64,000 nucleotides of DNA from an uncultured Azospirillum sp. (GTDB lineage Bacteria > Pseudomonadota > Alphaproteobacteria > RF32 > CAG-239). Both the position numbers and the translations under genes were made by a program. Every line of letters begins with the position of its first letter. Positions within the stretch are counted from its first letter, which is position 1. Below are positions 18,028 through 26,287 of the stretch, piece after piece. The notes below the pieces were generated by a model. That model worked only from the letters and a program-made list of their open reading frames with translations, had not been told where the DNA came from and searched no databases. Where the stretch lies: NCBI GenBank assembly GCA_902489795.1, contig CABUBU010000003.1, forward strand, positions 8,484 through 72,483, given 5' to 3'.

Positions 18028-18369
18028 ATGCAATTTATTAAAAGAAATATCTGGACACTGGCCGCGATGGTTCTGTTTGTAACTGTTGCGATGGTCGGTG
18101 ACGCCGCGGCGGTTGACGGCACCAGCCTGATGACCCAGGCGAGCAAGAAGGTCTCTAACGTATTTGAAGCCGTTAGAACGATCATCTTTATTCTGGGTGG
18201 TTTCGGTCTGGTCGGCGTTGCTTTTGCCGCCATTTTCGGTAAAGTAAACTGGAAATGGTTTGCCGCTTTGGCCGTCGGTCTGGCTATTCTGGCTGCTGCG
18301 AACGCCGTCGTTCAGTATGCTGCCGGTTCCAAAGCCGGTACGGGCGTAACCGATACCTTCGGTGTATAG
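18028..18369 (+). CDS. virB2: VirB2/TrbC-family T4SS pilin
   Basis: An AAAGGAG RBS precedes it. The protein has a signal peptide and two hydrophobic helices separated by a short charged loop (IIFILGGFGLVGVAFAAIFGKVNWKWFAALAVGLAILAAANAVV), at 113 aa. Confidence 0.8.
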   Translation: MQFIKRNIWTLAAMVLFVTVAMVGDAAAVDGTSLMTQASKKVSNVFEAVRTIIFILGGFGLVGVAFAAIFGKVNWKWFAALAVGLAILAAANAVVQYAAGSKAGTGVTDTFGV

Positions 18370-18387
18370 TCCCGGTGACTTAACCAC

Positions 18388-18437
18388 GGGGAGGGCTGCC
18401 AGAAGTTTTGGCTAGCCAATGACAGCCCTCCCGTTTT
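18388..18437 (+). terminator. Hairpin plus short T run after the first virB2 (possible attenuator)
   Basis: A 10-bp GC-rich stem gggagggctg/cagccctccc (18389-18398 / 18423-18432) is followed by gtttt. Confidence 0.45.
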
Positions 18438-18464
18438 ACTGCTAACAAAAGAAGGAAAAAGAAG

Positions 18465-18830
18465 ATGTTGTACGTAAAATTAAAGAAAATAATAATATTT
18501 GCATTGGTTGCGTTCTTAGCTTCTTCAATTTTATTTGCAACCAATTCTTATGCCGCACTGTTTGGAGATCTGACGAGCAAGGGCGCCGAAATCTTCAAAG
18601 GCATGCGCGAAATTATCTATGCGGTTGCCGGTTTCGGTATCGTGGCGATTGCCATCGGCGGTTTTTTCGGCAACTTCAACTGGAAATGGTTGGGGGCCAT
18701 CATCATCGGCCTGATGGTCATTGCCCTGACTGCCGGCATCATCAATTATATGGTGGAAGAAACGGTTATTACGCCGGACATGATCACTGATACTCTGATC
18801 AGCGGCAATGACTCGGGGTTGGCAAAATAG
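18465..18830 (+). CDS. VirB2-like pilin paralog
   Basis: It has the same two-helix layout and the conserved core IIYAVAGFGIVAIAIGGFFGNFNWKWLGAIIIGLMVIALTAGIINY, which is paralogous to 18028-18369. Confidence 0.75.
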   Translation: MLYVKLKKIIIFALVAFLASSILFATNSYAALFGDLTSKGAEIFKGMREIIYAVAGFGIVAIAIGGFFGNFNWKWLGAIIIGLMVIALTAGIINYMVEETVITPDMITDTLISGNDSGLAK

Positions 18831-18857
18831 TTTGGACAGAGATTTTAGGAGGGTGCT

Positions 18858-19868
18858 ATGCAAAATTTTAAGGTAAAAAATAGGATGTCTGTATCTCTGT
18901 TGTTGCTGCTGACGGCGCTGTTTGTCTGCTTTAATCCTGGATATGCTTTTGCTGATCTGCTCGGGTGCATGCAAAGCGAAGCCGGGCAGGGAATTTTCAA
19001 AACCATGGCGTGTAAAATCACGACCACGCTGTTCGACATCCGGAAAATTGTTTATATTCTTGGCGGCTTTGGTCTGATCGCCTTTACCTTTGCGGCAATT
19101 TTCAACAAGATCAGCTTCAAACATCTTGCTAATATTGCCTTGAGTCTGTTTCTTCTGTCGATGGTGACGCCGTTTATCGAGTATTTTACTCAGGCGCCGG
19201 GTGCCAAGCTGACTTACGGCAGTTTCCTGCAACCGGATTTTACGGAAGCTGACTATTCGATGACTTTCGGTGAATGCGAGGGCGGTGATTGCCCGGTTTC
19301 GACGACGGTTGCGGGCGGTGCTGTTGCCGGTGGTTCGTCCGGCGGCGGTCTGGGCGGTTCTGGCGGTGGCTTGGGCGGAGGTTTAACAACCGGTTCCGAT
19401 AATCCGATTGCGACTGCGGGTACCGAAGTGGATACCAGAACCGGCTGGCAGAAATTCAAGGATGGCATCAAAACGGTCGCTCAGGAAGGACTGAAGGCTT
19501 ATAATACAGCCAGTTCCGTTATCTCTGCGGCGGGCAGTGTCTATAATGCTGTTGACTCTACAGTTAAGGGGGTTCAGGGGGTTGATGGTATTAAGGATGT
19601 TGGTGGAATTATCACGGCGGGTGTGGGTGCTTTTGATAACTTTACCACTGCGACCGGTGCTATTACCGGTGCTGCCGGAACAATCGGAACCAATTATACC
19701 GACAAGGAAGGTGAAAAAGGTCTTGGTGAAAAAGTGGATGATTTCTTCAAAGGCAAAAACAAAGGTGCCCAAGAAGGAAAGGAGGTTACTCAGGATCTGG
19801 GAACCATCAACGGTACTGTTAACGGGATAAGGGATATTCCGAACGATATCGAAAACATTTTCAGGTAA
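18858..19868 (+). CDS. VirB2-like N-terminal domain fused to a ~210-aa Gly/Thr/Ala-rich C-terminal extension
   Basis: The N-terminal 120 aa parallel the two pilins (KIVYILGGFGLIAFTFAAIFNKISFKHLANIALSLFLLSM). After that comes GGAVAGGSSGGGLGGSGGGLGGGL... and a non-hydrophobic tail. Confidence 0.6.
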   Translation: MQNFKVKNRMSVSLLLLLTALFVCFNPGYAFADLLGCMQSEAGQGIFKTMACKITTTLFDIRKIVYILGGFGLIAFTFAAIFNKISFKHLANIALSLFLLSMVTPFIEYFTQAPGAKLTYGSFLQPDFTEADYSMTFGECEGGDCPVSTTVAGGAVAGGSSGGGLGGSGGGLGGGLTTGSDNPIATAGTEVDTRTGWQKFKDGIKTVAQEGLKAYNTASSVISAAGSVYNAVDSTVKGVQGVDGIKDVGGIITAGVGAFDNFTTATGAITGAAGTIGTNYTDKEGEKGLGEKVDDFFKGKNKGAQEGKEVTQDLGTINGTVNGIRDIPNDIENIFR

Positions 19869-19884
19869 TGTATCGTTAAAGTCG

Positions 19885-19920
19885 AAAAATGCCGCTCATT
19901 CTCCCAGGGCGGCATTTTTT
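19885..19920 (+). terminator. Rho-independent terminator after the VirB2 gene set
   Basis: aaaaatgccgc-(13-nt loop)-gcggcatttttt read directly. Confidence 0.75.
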
Positions 19921-19994
19921 CCGTCCGGCGGCAGGCGCCGTCGGAAGCCCGTTGATCCGTTGCCGGTGCTTGTCAACCGCGGCAAGCTTTTTTG

Positions 19995-20023
19995 TTGCAT
20001 AAAAAAAACTTTTCCTGTAGAAT
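19995..20023 (+). promoter_or_regulatory. Candidate sigma70 promoter of the virB3-virB11 operon
   Basis: TTGCAT (19995-20000), exactly 17 nt of spacer, then TAGAAT (20018-20023). A GAAGGA RBS and the ATG at 20049 follow. Confidence 0.6.
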
Positions 20024-20048
20024 CATAAAAAACGAAGGATGGATTGAA

Positions 20049-20339
20049 ATGCGTGAACCTGTGTTAAAAGCCGTTGCCAGTCCCCCCAAGATTTTGTGGG
20101 GGCCGTTTTTGCCGGTATTGCTTAATCTCGGCGTTCAGTTTCCGATCATGTTCGTTTCGATCGGCGCTTTCGAGATTAACCCGATTATATTTGTTGCCAG
20201 TATTCTGCTGGTGCACGGGATCATCGTGCTCTGGGGTACGAAAGAACCGCATATTTCCAGCATGATTCAGGCATTCGGACAAACTTATCGTGTAACTAAG
20301 AATTTGTATAAGACAAAGGGGAATAAATTTGCACCCTGA
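20049..20339 (+). CDS. virB3: VirB3-like protein
   Basis: 96 aa with the pattern LKAVASPPKILWGPFLPVLLNLGVQF...ILLVHGIIVLWGTKEPH, typical of VirB3/TrbD. It lies directly upstream of and overlaps virB4. The annotated start is the first ATG downstream of the predicted promoter. Confidence 0.8.
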   Translation: MREPVLKAVASPPKILWGPFLPVLLNLGVQFPIMFVSIGAFEINPIIFVASILLVHGIIVLWGTKEPHISSMIQAFGQTYRVTKNLYKTKGNKFAP

Positions 20340-22761
20340 TTTTGATTTTTTCAGCACGTTCGTACAGGGGCTGAGCGCTAAAGAAGTTATCGTTGCGGTG
20401 ATTGGTTTTATTTCTGCCGCAGCTTTTGCTGGTTTGTGGGTAACCAAGCTTGGGCGCAGCATTCTGCCGCAGCCGAGCGAGTCCAAAGTGGCGGATTTCC
20501 TGCCTTTCAACAAACTGATGTCAGACGGCATGACCATCCGCTGCTACAACGGTTCGTTCGCCCGGGTGTTTAAAATCGAAGGCTTGGATCTGGCCTTTGC
20601 CACCGAAGAGAAAAACATTTCCATGCTTGAGGCGAGAAAGTCCTGGATCGACAACATGTCCGATCTGCAGGTAACCTGCCGCGTCATTACCCTGCGCGAG
20701 AGGATTCCGCCCGATGAAATTATCGGCACTTTTGACAATCCGCTGCTGGAACAGGTGGCCTACACCTGGCAAAGTACACTGAACCGTGTTTACAGCAATT
20801 CTCATTACGTGGTCATTTCCATTCCCGACCGTCCGGATGCACTGAAAGATCTTAACTATGCCTCTCAGACGCTGATGGCGACTTTGAGCGAATACGGCGT
20901 GCGGGCAATGTTTGAGAGCGAGGACAGTCTGCCGAAAGACAGCCCGTTTCACGTATTCAGCCGCATTTGCAGTCCGGTCTCGAAACCTGATCCGAAAGTT
21001 CGCAGTGCCGAAGGGGCGATGCTGAATGAAATTCTGACGGCCGACCATATTCACTTCACCGGCGAAAACGGCATTATCAAATTCTTTTCCGGCGATCAGG
21101 AAATGTATGCGATTACCATGGGGCTGAGAACTTCCGGAGACTTTATGGACGAGTCGATGATCGTTTCCCTGCTGGCGATCGACTGCGAGCTGACCATGCT
21201 TCACAACATCAAGCCGATTTTTAAGCCGAATGCGCGGGCGCTGCTTCTGCAGCAGGCCAACATGGCGCGGATGACAAGCTTTTCCGGCGATGTAATTGAC
21301 CAGTATAACGAAGCCCTTTCCTCAATCGAAGACAGCGATGCCAACTATCAGGCGCTGACCGAATATGCGATGACGCTGGTGCTGAAGGGGCACAGTCTGG
21401 AAGAAATCGACTTTGCCGAAGGCGAAGTGCAGCGTATCTGCCGTTTGTTCGGCGTGACGCCGGTGCGCGAAGGCTGGGTCAGCCAGGCCAGCTTCTTCAA
21501 CCAGTTTCCGACTTATGACACCTATCCGCGGACTTACCGCTATCTGTCGCGGGTAGCGGCGGTTGCGGTTTCGTTTGACAAGCCGTCGGAAGGCTTTGCC
21601 AAAAGCGACTGGGGGCCGGGCGCCATCTCCGTGTTCCGTACCACCACCGGTTCCGGTTACCGGTTCCAATTCCACGTTTCGCCTGAAGAATCTGCCGTGG
21701 CTCACTGCTGCATCATCGGTCCGACTGGTCAAGGTAAAACCACTTTGCTGACGTTTCTGGCCGGCCAGGCGATGCGCCACAAAGACCTAAAGGTGTTCTT
21801 CTTCGACCGTCACCGCGGTGCGGAGATTTTTACCCGTGCGGTCAAAGGTGCTTACGTCGGCTTTGACGGCGATGAAAAGAACGTTTCCTTAAATCCGTTC
21901 GACGCGGCGCCGACGCCCAACAACCGAGCCTTCCTCCGCCGCTGGATGAAATCCATCACCATGGTTGACGACGCGCTTTCCGAACGCGAAATCGCCCGCG
22001 CGGTAACGACGGCGTTTGACTATCTGCGTCCGGAAGAACGGGTGATGAGCAACCTTTACAAAAGTTGTTTCTCGCCGACCGGCAATATGCGCCGCGAACT
22101 GTTCCGCTGGGTCAATCCCGACCAGTACGGCAAAATTTTCAATGCCACTAACGACAGTCTGGACTTGCACTCCAAGCGCTTTATCGCTTTTGACTTTACT
22201 CATATTTTTGAGGACGAAACACTGGCGCCGGCAGTCATCAGTTATATCATGCACCGTATTCAGTCGGAAACCGGGGAAACCGGCGTTCCGTCGCTGATCA
22301 TGATCGACGAAACTGCGCCGATGCTGAAGCACCCGATGTTCCGCGACTATTTCATTATCGGTCTGCAGGAAGGCCGTAAGAAGCGTCAGGCCTACCTTTG
22401 CGCGTTCCAACAGCCGAACATCATCGACCGGCTGGGTGTCGGCGAGGTTATCCGCGGCCAGTGCCAGACGGTTATTTTCTTCCGCAATCCGCAGGCGATG
22501 CCGGAAGACTACGTCAACTGGAACCTGAACCAGCGGGAAACCGACTTTATTTTCGGCAAGTCCTATCGTGATTTTCCTTATGCGATTCTGCTTTCCCGCC
22601 CGGCTACCGGAGAATCGGTGATCCTTGACGTCAACCTCGGCGGTCTCGGACCTTACCTGAAGCTTTACAATTCCGGCCGCAAGAATGTTTTGCTGGTGGA
22701 AGAGCTGATTAAGCAGTACGGGGAAGACAATTTTGTTACAAAATATTTAAATCTTGCTTGA
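20329..22761 (+). CDS. virB4: VirB4/TrbE-family T4SS ATPase
   Basis: 810 aa with Walker A GPTGQGKTT and a Walker B region SLIMIDETAP. It has a TTG start with an AGGGG RBS and overlaps the virB3 stop. Confidence 0.95.
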   Translation: MHPDFDFFSTFVQGLSAKEVIVAVIGFISAAAFAGLWVTKLGRSILPQPSESKVADFLPFNKLMSDGMTIRCYNGSFARVFKIEGLDLAFATEEKNISMLEARKSWIDNMSDLQVTCRVITLRERIPPDEIIGTFDNPLLEQVAYTWQSTLNRVYSNSHYVVISIPDRPDALKDLNYASQTLMATLSEYGVRAMFESEDSLPKDSPFHVFSRICSPVSKPDPKVRSAEGAMLNEILTADHIHFTGENGIIKFFSGDQEMYAITMGLRTSGDFMDESMIVSLLAIDCELTMLHNIKPIFKPNARALLLQQANMARMTSFSGDVIDQYNEALSSIEDSDANYQALTEYAMTLVLKGHSLEEIDFAEGEVQRICRLFGVTPVREGWVSQASFFNQFPTYDTYPRTYRYLSRVAAVAVSFDKPSEGFAKSDWGPGAISVFRTTTGSGYRFQFHVSPEESAVAHCCIIGPTGQGKTTLLTFLAGQAMRHKDLKVFFFDRHRGAEIFTRAVKGAYVGFDGDEKNVSLNPFDAAPTPNNRAFLRRWMKSITMVDDALSEREIARAVTTAFDYLRPEERVMSNLYKSCFSPTGNMRRELFRWVNPDQYGKIFNATNDSLDLHSKRFIAFDFTHIFEDETLAPAVISYIMHRIQSETGETGVPSLIMIDETAPMLKHPMFRDYFIIGLQEGRKKRQAYLCAFQQPNIIDRLGVGEVIRGQCQTVIFFRNPQAMPEDYVNWNLNQRETDFIFGKSYRDFPYAILLSRPATGESVILDVNLGGLGPYLKLYNSGRKNVLLVEELIKQYGEDNFVTKYLNLA

Positions 22762-22836
22762 GAAACGTAAAATAGATTTATAAAACAGTTTTTTTTTGCT
22801 ATTATTAAAATGACATAGACCAAGACGGAGGGTGGT

Positions 22837-24387
22837 ATGGTAAATATTAAGCGCATTGGTTCGGGCATTCTGGGCGCGGGTGCCGTTTTGTTTGTTGCCG
22901 TGGGGGCGGAAGCCGGGCTGCCGACTTTTGACGCCGCCAATATTGCCGGTACGATGAGTATCGTGAAAAACGGTTCTCAAAATCTGAAAGGAATTGGCGA
23001 TATCACCAACAAGGTCGGCGAACTCAACACGATTGTCGGCGATGCGGCTGCCTCTGTCTCGAAATTTCAGGAACAATACGGCGACGAGATCAAAAAGGGC
23101 ATGGAAATAGCGCAAAAGGCGATGGCGCGCAAGGCGGAAGCCGAAGCGGCCAAAGCTGCTCATGACGCCGAAGTGCAGGCGCAGAAAGACGCTTATCAGG
23201 CGGCTATGGACAGCGTAGCCGAAAATCAGCAGGCTTCGCAGCCGGAAGAAGAATATTACGAAGAAGTTGAAGAAGAGGGGGGCAACGCACCTGAAGAAAC
23301 CGTAACCGTCGTTGAGGGTGCGGCCGAAGATCTTTATAGGGAAGATGCTGAAGAAAACAGTGTTTCTTCCGCGATGAACTCTGCCAACCGGGTTTATGAC
23401 GACGGTGATTATGAAGAGACCGGCGGCGAAAATTTGGACGGCATCGCCGGTGACGACGAAGCGACTGCGGAAGACGGCGGCGCACCCGTAAAAACGCTGC
23501 AAAACCTGCCTGAGGGAATGCATGCAGCGCAGATGAAGCCGGTTGTTGCCGGAAAAGCGTGGGTTGCCGGTGATGAAAGCGGGGGCCCGGCAAATCGGCG
23601 CAGGGCTTTTGCTCGTCCGTCCGCGCTGAAAGCGGAAGCTGTTGTCGCAAAGCCCGAGTTGAAAGCTGCTGCCGCCGGAGCTGATGCCGAAGCCGTGCCG
23701 ACAGAAGGAGAAGCTTCCGATGCTGCAGCCGTTTCAGTTTCTCCCGCTGCCGTCCGGGCGAAAACGCCGGCCGCACAGGCAGCACCGGTGCAAAGACGGC
23801 AATTCAGGGTTTCGCCCCGTCTGAACCGGGTTGAAAAAGTTTCCCGCAGTACTTATAGCAGACACGAAGAAATGGCATTTGCCAGTTCCTCCGACGATGG
23901 TGAGGCTGTTGGCAACAGCTATGTCGGCAACGTTTATATCGTGCCGATGGCACAGCGTTGCGAAATCAGCGCCCAGACGTTTATCAAAGATGAAAAGAAA
24001 CGCAATGAATGTATTGAAAAAATCATTCGCGAAAACAATGCTGACAACAGCTTCGATTCCAATCTCAGCATGAAAGACTGCCGCCAGATGACTTATAATG
24101 CGGTAGTTGCACTGCTGGCAGAAGCGACAAATTCAAAGTACGAGGCGGCCAATTACAGTGATACGCTGGACGAACAGGACAAGCTGGCGGCGGATTCTAC
24201 AGATGTCCGCGGCGACTTGACCGTAATTGCCATGAGCAACTATCAGACGCAGTTGCTTTTGAACCGGATCTCCATGAATTTTTCTTCCCAGATCATTCTT
24301 GAAACGGTAGAGCAGGTATGCGCTGCCCGCAAGGATGTTTTGGGAGATTCCGATCTGGATGAAAAGAGCGACGCCGGTGGAGAATAA
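22837..24387 (+). CDS. Secreted protein, TrbJ/VirB5-like by N-terminal motif and position
   Basis: A signal peptide is followed by LPTFDAANIAGTMSIVKNGSQNLKGIGDITNKVGELN, which resembles the TrbJ N-terminus. Then come an acidic/Ala-rich disordered middle and a helical Cys-containing C-terminus. It is syntenic with trbJ/virB5 (immediately after virB4). Confidence 0.45.
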   Translation: MVNIKRIGSGILGAGAVLFVAVGAEAGLPTFDAANIAGTMSIVKNGSQNLKGIGDITNKVGELNTIVGDAAASVSKFQEQYGDEIKKGMEIAQKAMARKAEAEAAKAAHDAEVQAQKDAYQAAMDSVAENQQASQPEEEYYEEVEEEGGNAPEETVTVVEGAAEDLYREDAEENSVSSAMNSANRVYDDGDYEETGGENLDGIAGDDEATAEDGGAPVKTLQNLPEGMHAAQMKPVVAGKAWVAGDESGGPANRRRAFARPSALKAEAVVAKPELKAAAAGADAEAVPTEGEASDAAAVSVSPAAVRAKTPAAQAAPVQRRQFRVSPRLNRVEKVSRSTYSRHEEMAFASSSDDGEAVGNSYVGNVYIVPMAQRCEISAQTFIKDEKKRNECIEKIIRENNADNSFDSNLSMKDCRQMTYNAVVALLAEATNSKYEAANYSDTLDEQDKLAADSTDVRGDLTVIAMSNYQTQLLLNRISMNFSSQIILETVEQVCAARKDVLGDSDLDEKSDAGGE

Positions 24388-24389
24388 CG

Positions 24390-25049
24390 ATGAAAACATT
24401 TTTTGCTTGGACATTGCTTTTCTCTCTGTTGGGCATCAACTGCGCCCATGCCGACTTTGAAGCGGTGGAAACCACGCTCGGCAAACTGGAAGATGTGCAG
24501 AAAGAGGCGCAGAACGTTCAGGAAGAACTGAAAAAGGTGCAGGCGGCCTTGAACGCGGCTCGCCAAGGGGAATTTGGCCCGTTGAAAGAGGTCAAAAGCA
24601 ATATTTTGAACGAAAAGAAAATCGATGTCAAACTGATTGGGCCGATTGCCGAAAAGGTCGGCGATACCAAGGAACTGGAAGGTGCGGTGGAAGAAAACAT
24701 CATTCCCCAGTATACGGACAAAGATCAGGACAAGACCTATTTCATCAACAAGGATACGACCGATGCCATTCGTCGCGAAAATCTGAGCCGGATGTATGCC
24801 TATGCGCTGACGTTGCGCACCAATATGGCCAAAACTCGGAAAGAGGGAGTAAGCGACGACAAGCCGGTCGAAGCCAAGGACAGCCGCGAAATTCTGCAGT
24901 CGGCGGCAACCAGGGAAGCCATGGAAAACGCCCGGCGCTTTGCCCATATTTGGGATATGCAGGCGGCGATTTATGAATTGCAGCTGATAGAAATGGCGCA
25001 AAGGTTCAGCAACAAGAGCGGCGGTGAATCTGAAGGAGATGAGCAATGA
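24390..25049 (+). CDS. Secreted coiled-coil protein, unknown function
   Basis: It has a GGTGGAG RBS, a signal peptide (LLFSLLGINCAHA) and Lys/Glu-rich heptad-like sequence. It is translationally packed in the operon. Confidence 0.6.
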   Translation: MKTFFAWTLLFSLLGINCAHADFEAVETTLGKLEDVQKEAQNVQEELKKVQAALNAARQGEFGPLKEVKSNILNEKKIDVKLIGPIAEKVGDTKELEGAVEENIIPQYTDKDQDKTYFINKDTTDAIRRENLSRMYAYALTLRTNMAKTRKEGVSDDKPVEAKDSREILQSAATREAMENARRFAHIWDMQAAIYELQLIEMAQRFSNKSGGESEGDEQ

Positions 25050-26287
25050 ACAAAAATCTTCTCGGCCTTTTGGTCTTAAGCGCTTTTTTACCGGCCTTTT
25101 CGGTTGAAGCTTTTTTGTTGCCGCCGTTCAAGCTGGATGCCAGCACCATCGGCAACGAAATCGTTTCCTACGGTAATACCAGTTCACAAACTGCGGGCAA
25201 GGGACTGCAGCAGGCAGCCATCGTGCAGACGGCAATCACCTACGGTCAGGGTGCCAAGGAGGCTTATGAATTTGCCACAAAAATGCTGAACGATTTTAAA
25301 AACTTGAATCTTAACAACCTCGGCGAAATGCTGGACAAAATGAGCGAGGCGGAAGCTGAGCAGACCAAGGTCAAGGAAGACGCTGCGGTTGAAATTACCG
25401 CTAAGACCCGTGAAGCCAACGCCAAAATTTCCGAACTGGACGCAAACACGAGGGAATTGAACAAAAAAATCGTCGAAGATCCGGAAAACATTAAAAAATA
25501 TCAGAAGCAAATTGAGAAAAACGAAAAAGAAAAGAAAAAGATTTCGCAAAAACTGATCAAGGAAACCCGGAAGATCAACCGCAAAACGGAAAAGGAAGTC
25601 GGCAAACTGGGCGACCAGATCAGCGAACTGCGCGGCAAGGCGAGCGAACTGGTTTCTTCGATTACGACGATTTCCGACAATTACGATTCGACGAAAGACC
25701 TGAACCGGACGGCGGAAACACTGCTGCCGGGCGCCGATACGGAGGTGGATACCCATGTGATGGCGACGTACGCCGCAATTTACCGGGTCAACTATTATCA
25801 AATGCTCGGCAAAGCCGCAGGACGGGCGATGCTGATAAAATCGACGCTGGTCAAAGACAATGAAAAAGCGGCCAAAAGCAAACTGTCGACAGCAGAGTTT
25901 GAAAGTCTGGGCGGTGCCGTCGGAACACTGGTTAAGATGAAAACGGACAATATTCAGGCGCTGCTGAATTTTACCGAAATTCTGCTGCAGAAAATGCAGC
26001 TTGACGTGGCCAGAGATCTGGCGCTGGAGAATTTTAACGCCGCGAATCCGGTTCAGGCAGCCGGTGATTTCAACCTTGACAACTATCGTTTTACCCCGCC
26101 GACGGCTGCCGAACTGGAAGCGGAAGGCGGTGCAAAGCCGGAAAAACTGGAAAAGCTTGAAAAGGAAATCACGCCGAGCAGCGGAAACATTCTGACGGAA
26201 GGACGCAAAACCATGACCGCGGGTACGGATGAAGCAGGCGAAAACACTGAAACAACGGGGGATGGGAATGATGAGAAAAAACAGTAA
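25046..26287 (+). CDS. Secreted coiled-coil protein, second TrbJ-like N-terminal motif
   Basis: It has an ATGA overlap with the upstream gene. A signal peptide is followed by LPPFKLDASTIGNEIVSYGNTSSQ (compare LPTFDAANIAGTMSIV in 22837-24387) and then a long Lys/Glu coiled coil. Confidence 0.6.
   Translation: MNKNLLGLLVLSAFLPAFSVEAFLLPPFKLDASTIGNEIVSYGNTSSQTAGKGLQQAAIVQTAITYGQGAKEAYEFATKMLNDFKNLNLNNLGEMLDKMSEAEAEQTKVKEDAAVEITAKTREANAKISELDANTRELNKKIVEDPENIKKYQKQIEKNEKEKKKISQKLIKETRKINRKTEKEVGKLGDQISELRGKASELVSSITTISDNYDSTKDLNRTAETLLPGADTEVDTHVMATYAAIYRVNYYQMLGKAAGRAMLIKSTLVKDNEKAAKSKLSTAEFESLGGAVGTLVKMKTDNIQALLNFTEILLQKMQLDVARDLALENFNAANPVQAAGDFNLDNYRFTPPTAAELEAEGGAKPEKLEKLEKEITPSSGNILTEGRKTMTAGTDEAGENTETTGDGNDEKKQ

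Noticed and set aside
17678-18387. Minus-strand ORFs 17678-18001 and 18004-18387 in and next to the divergent control region
   Set aside because: The first lies in AT-rich promoter DNA and has no RBS. The second is antisense to the well-supported virB2 gene.
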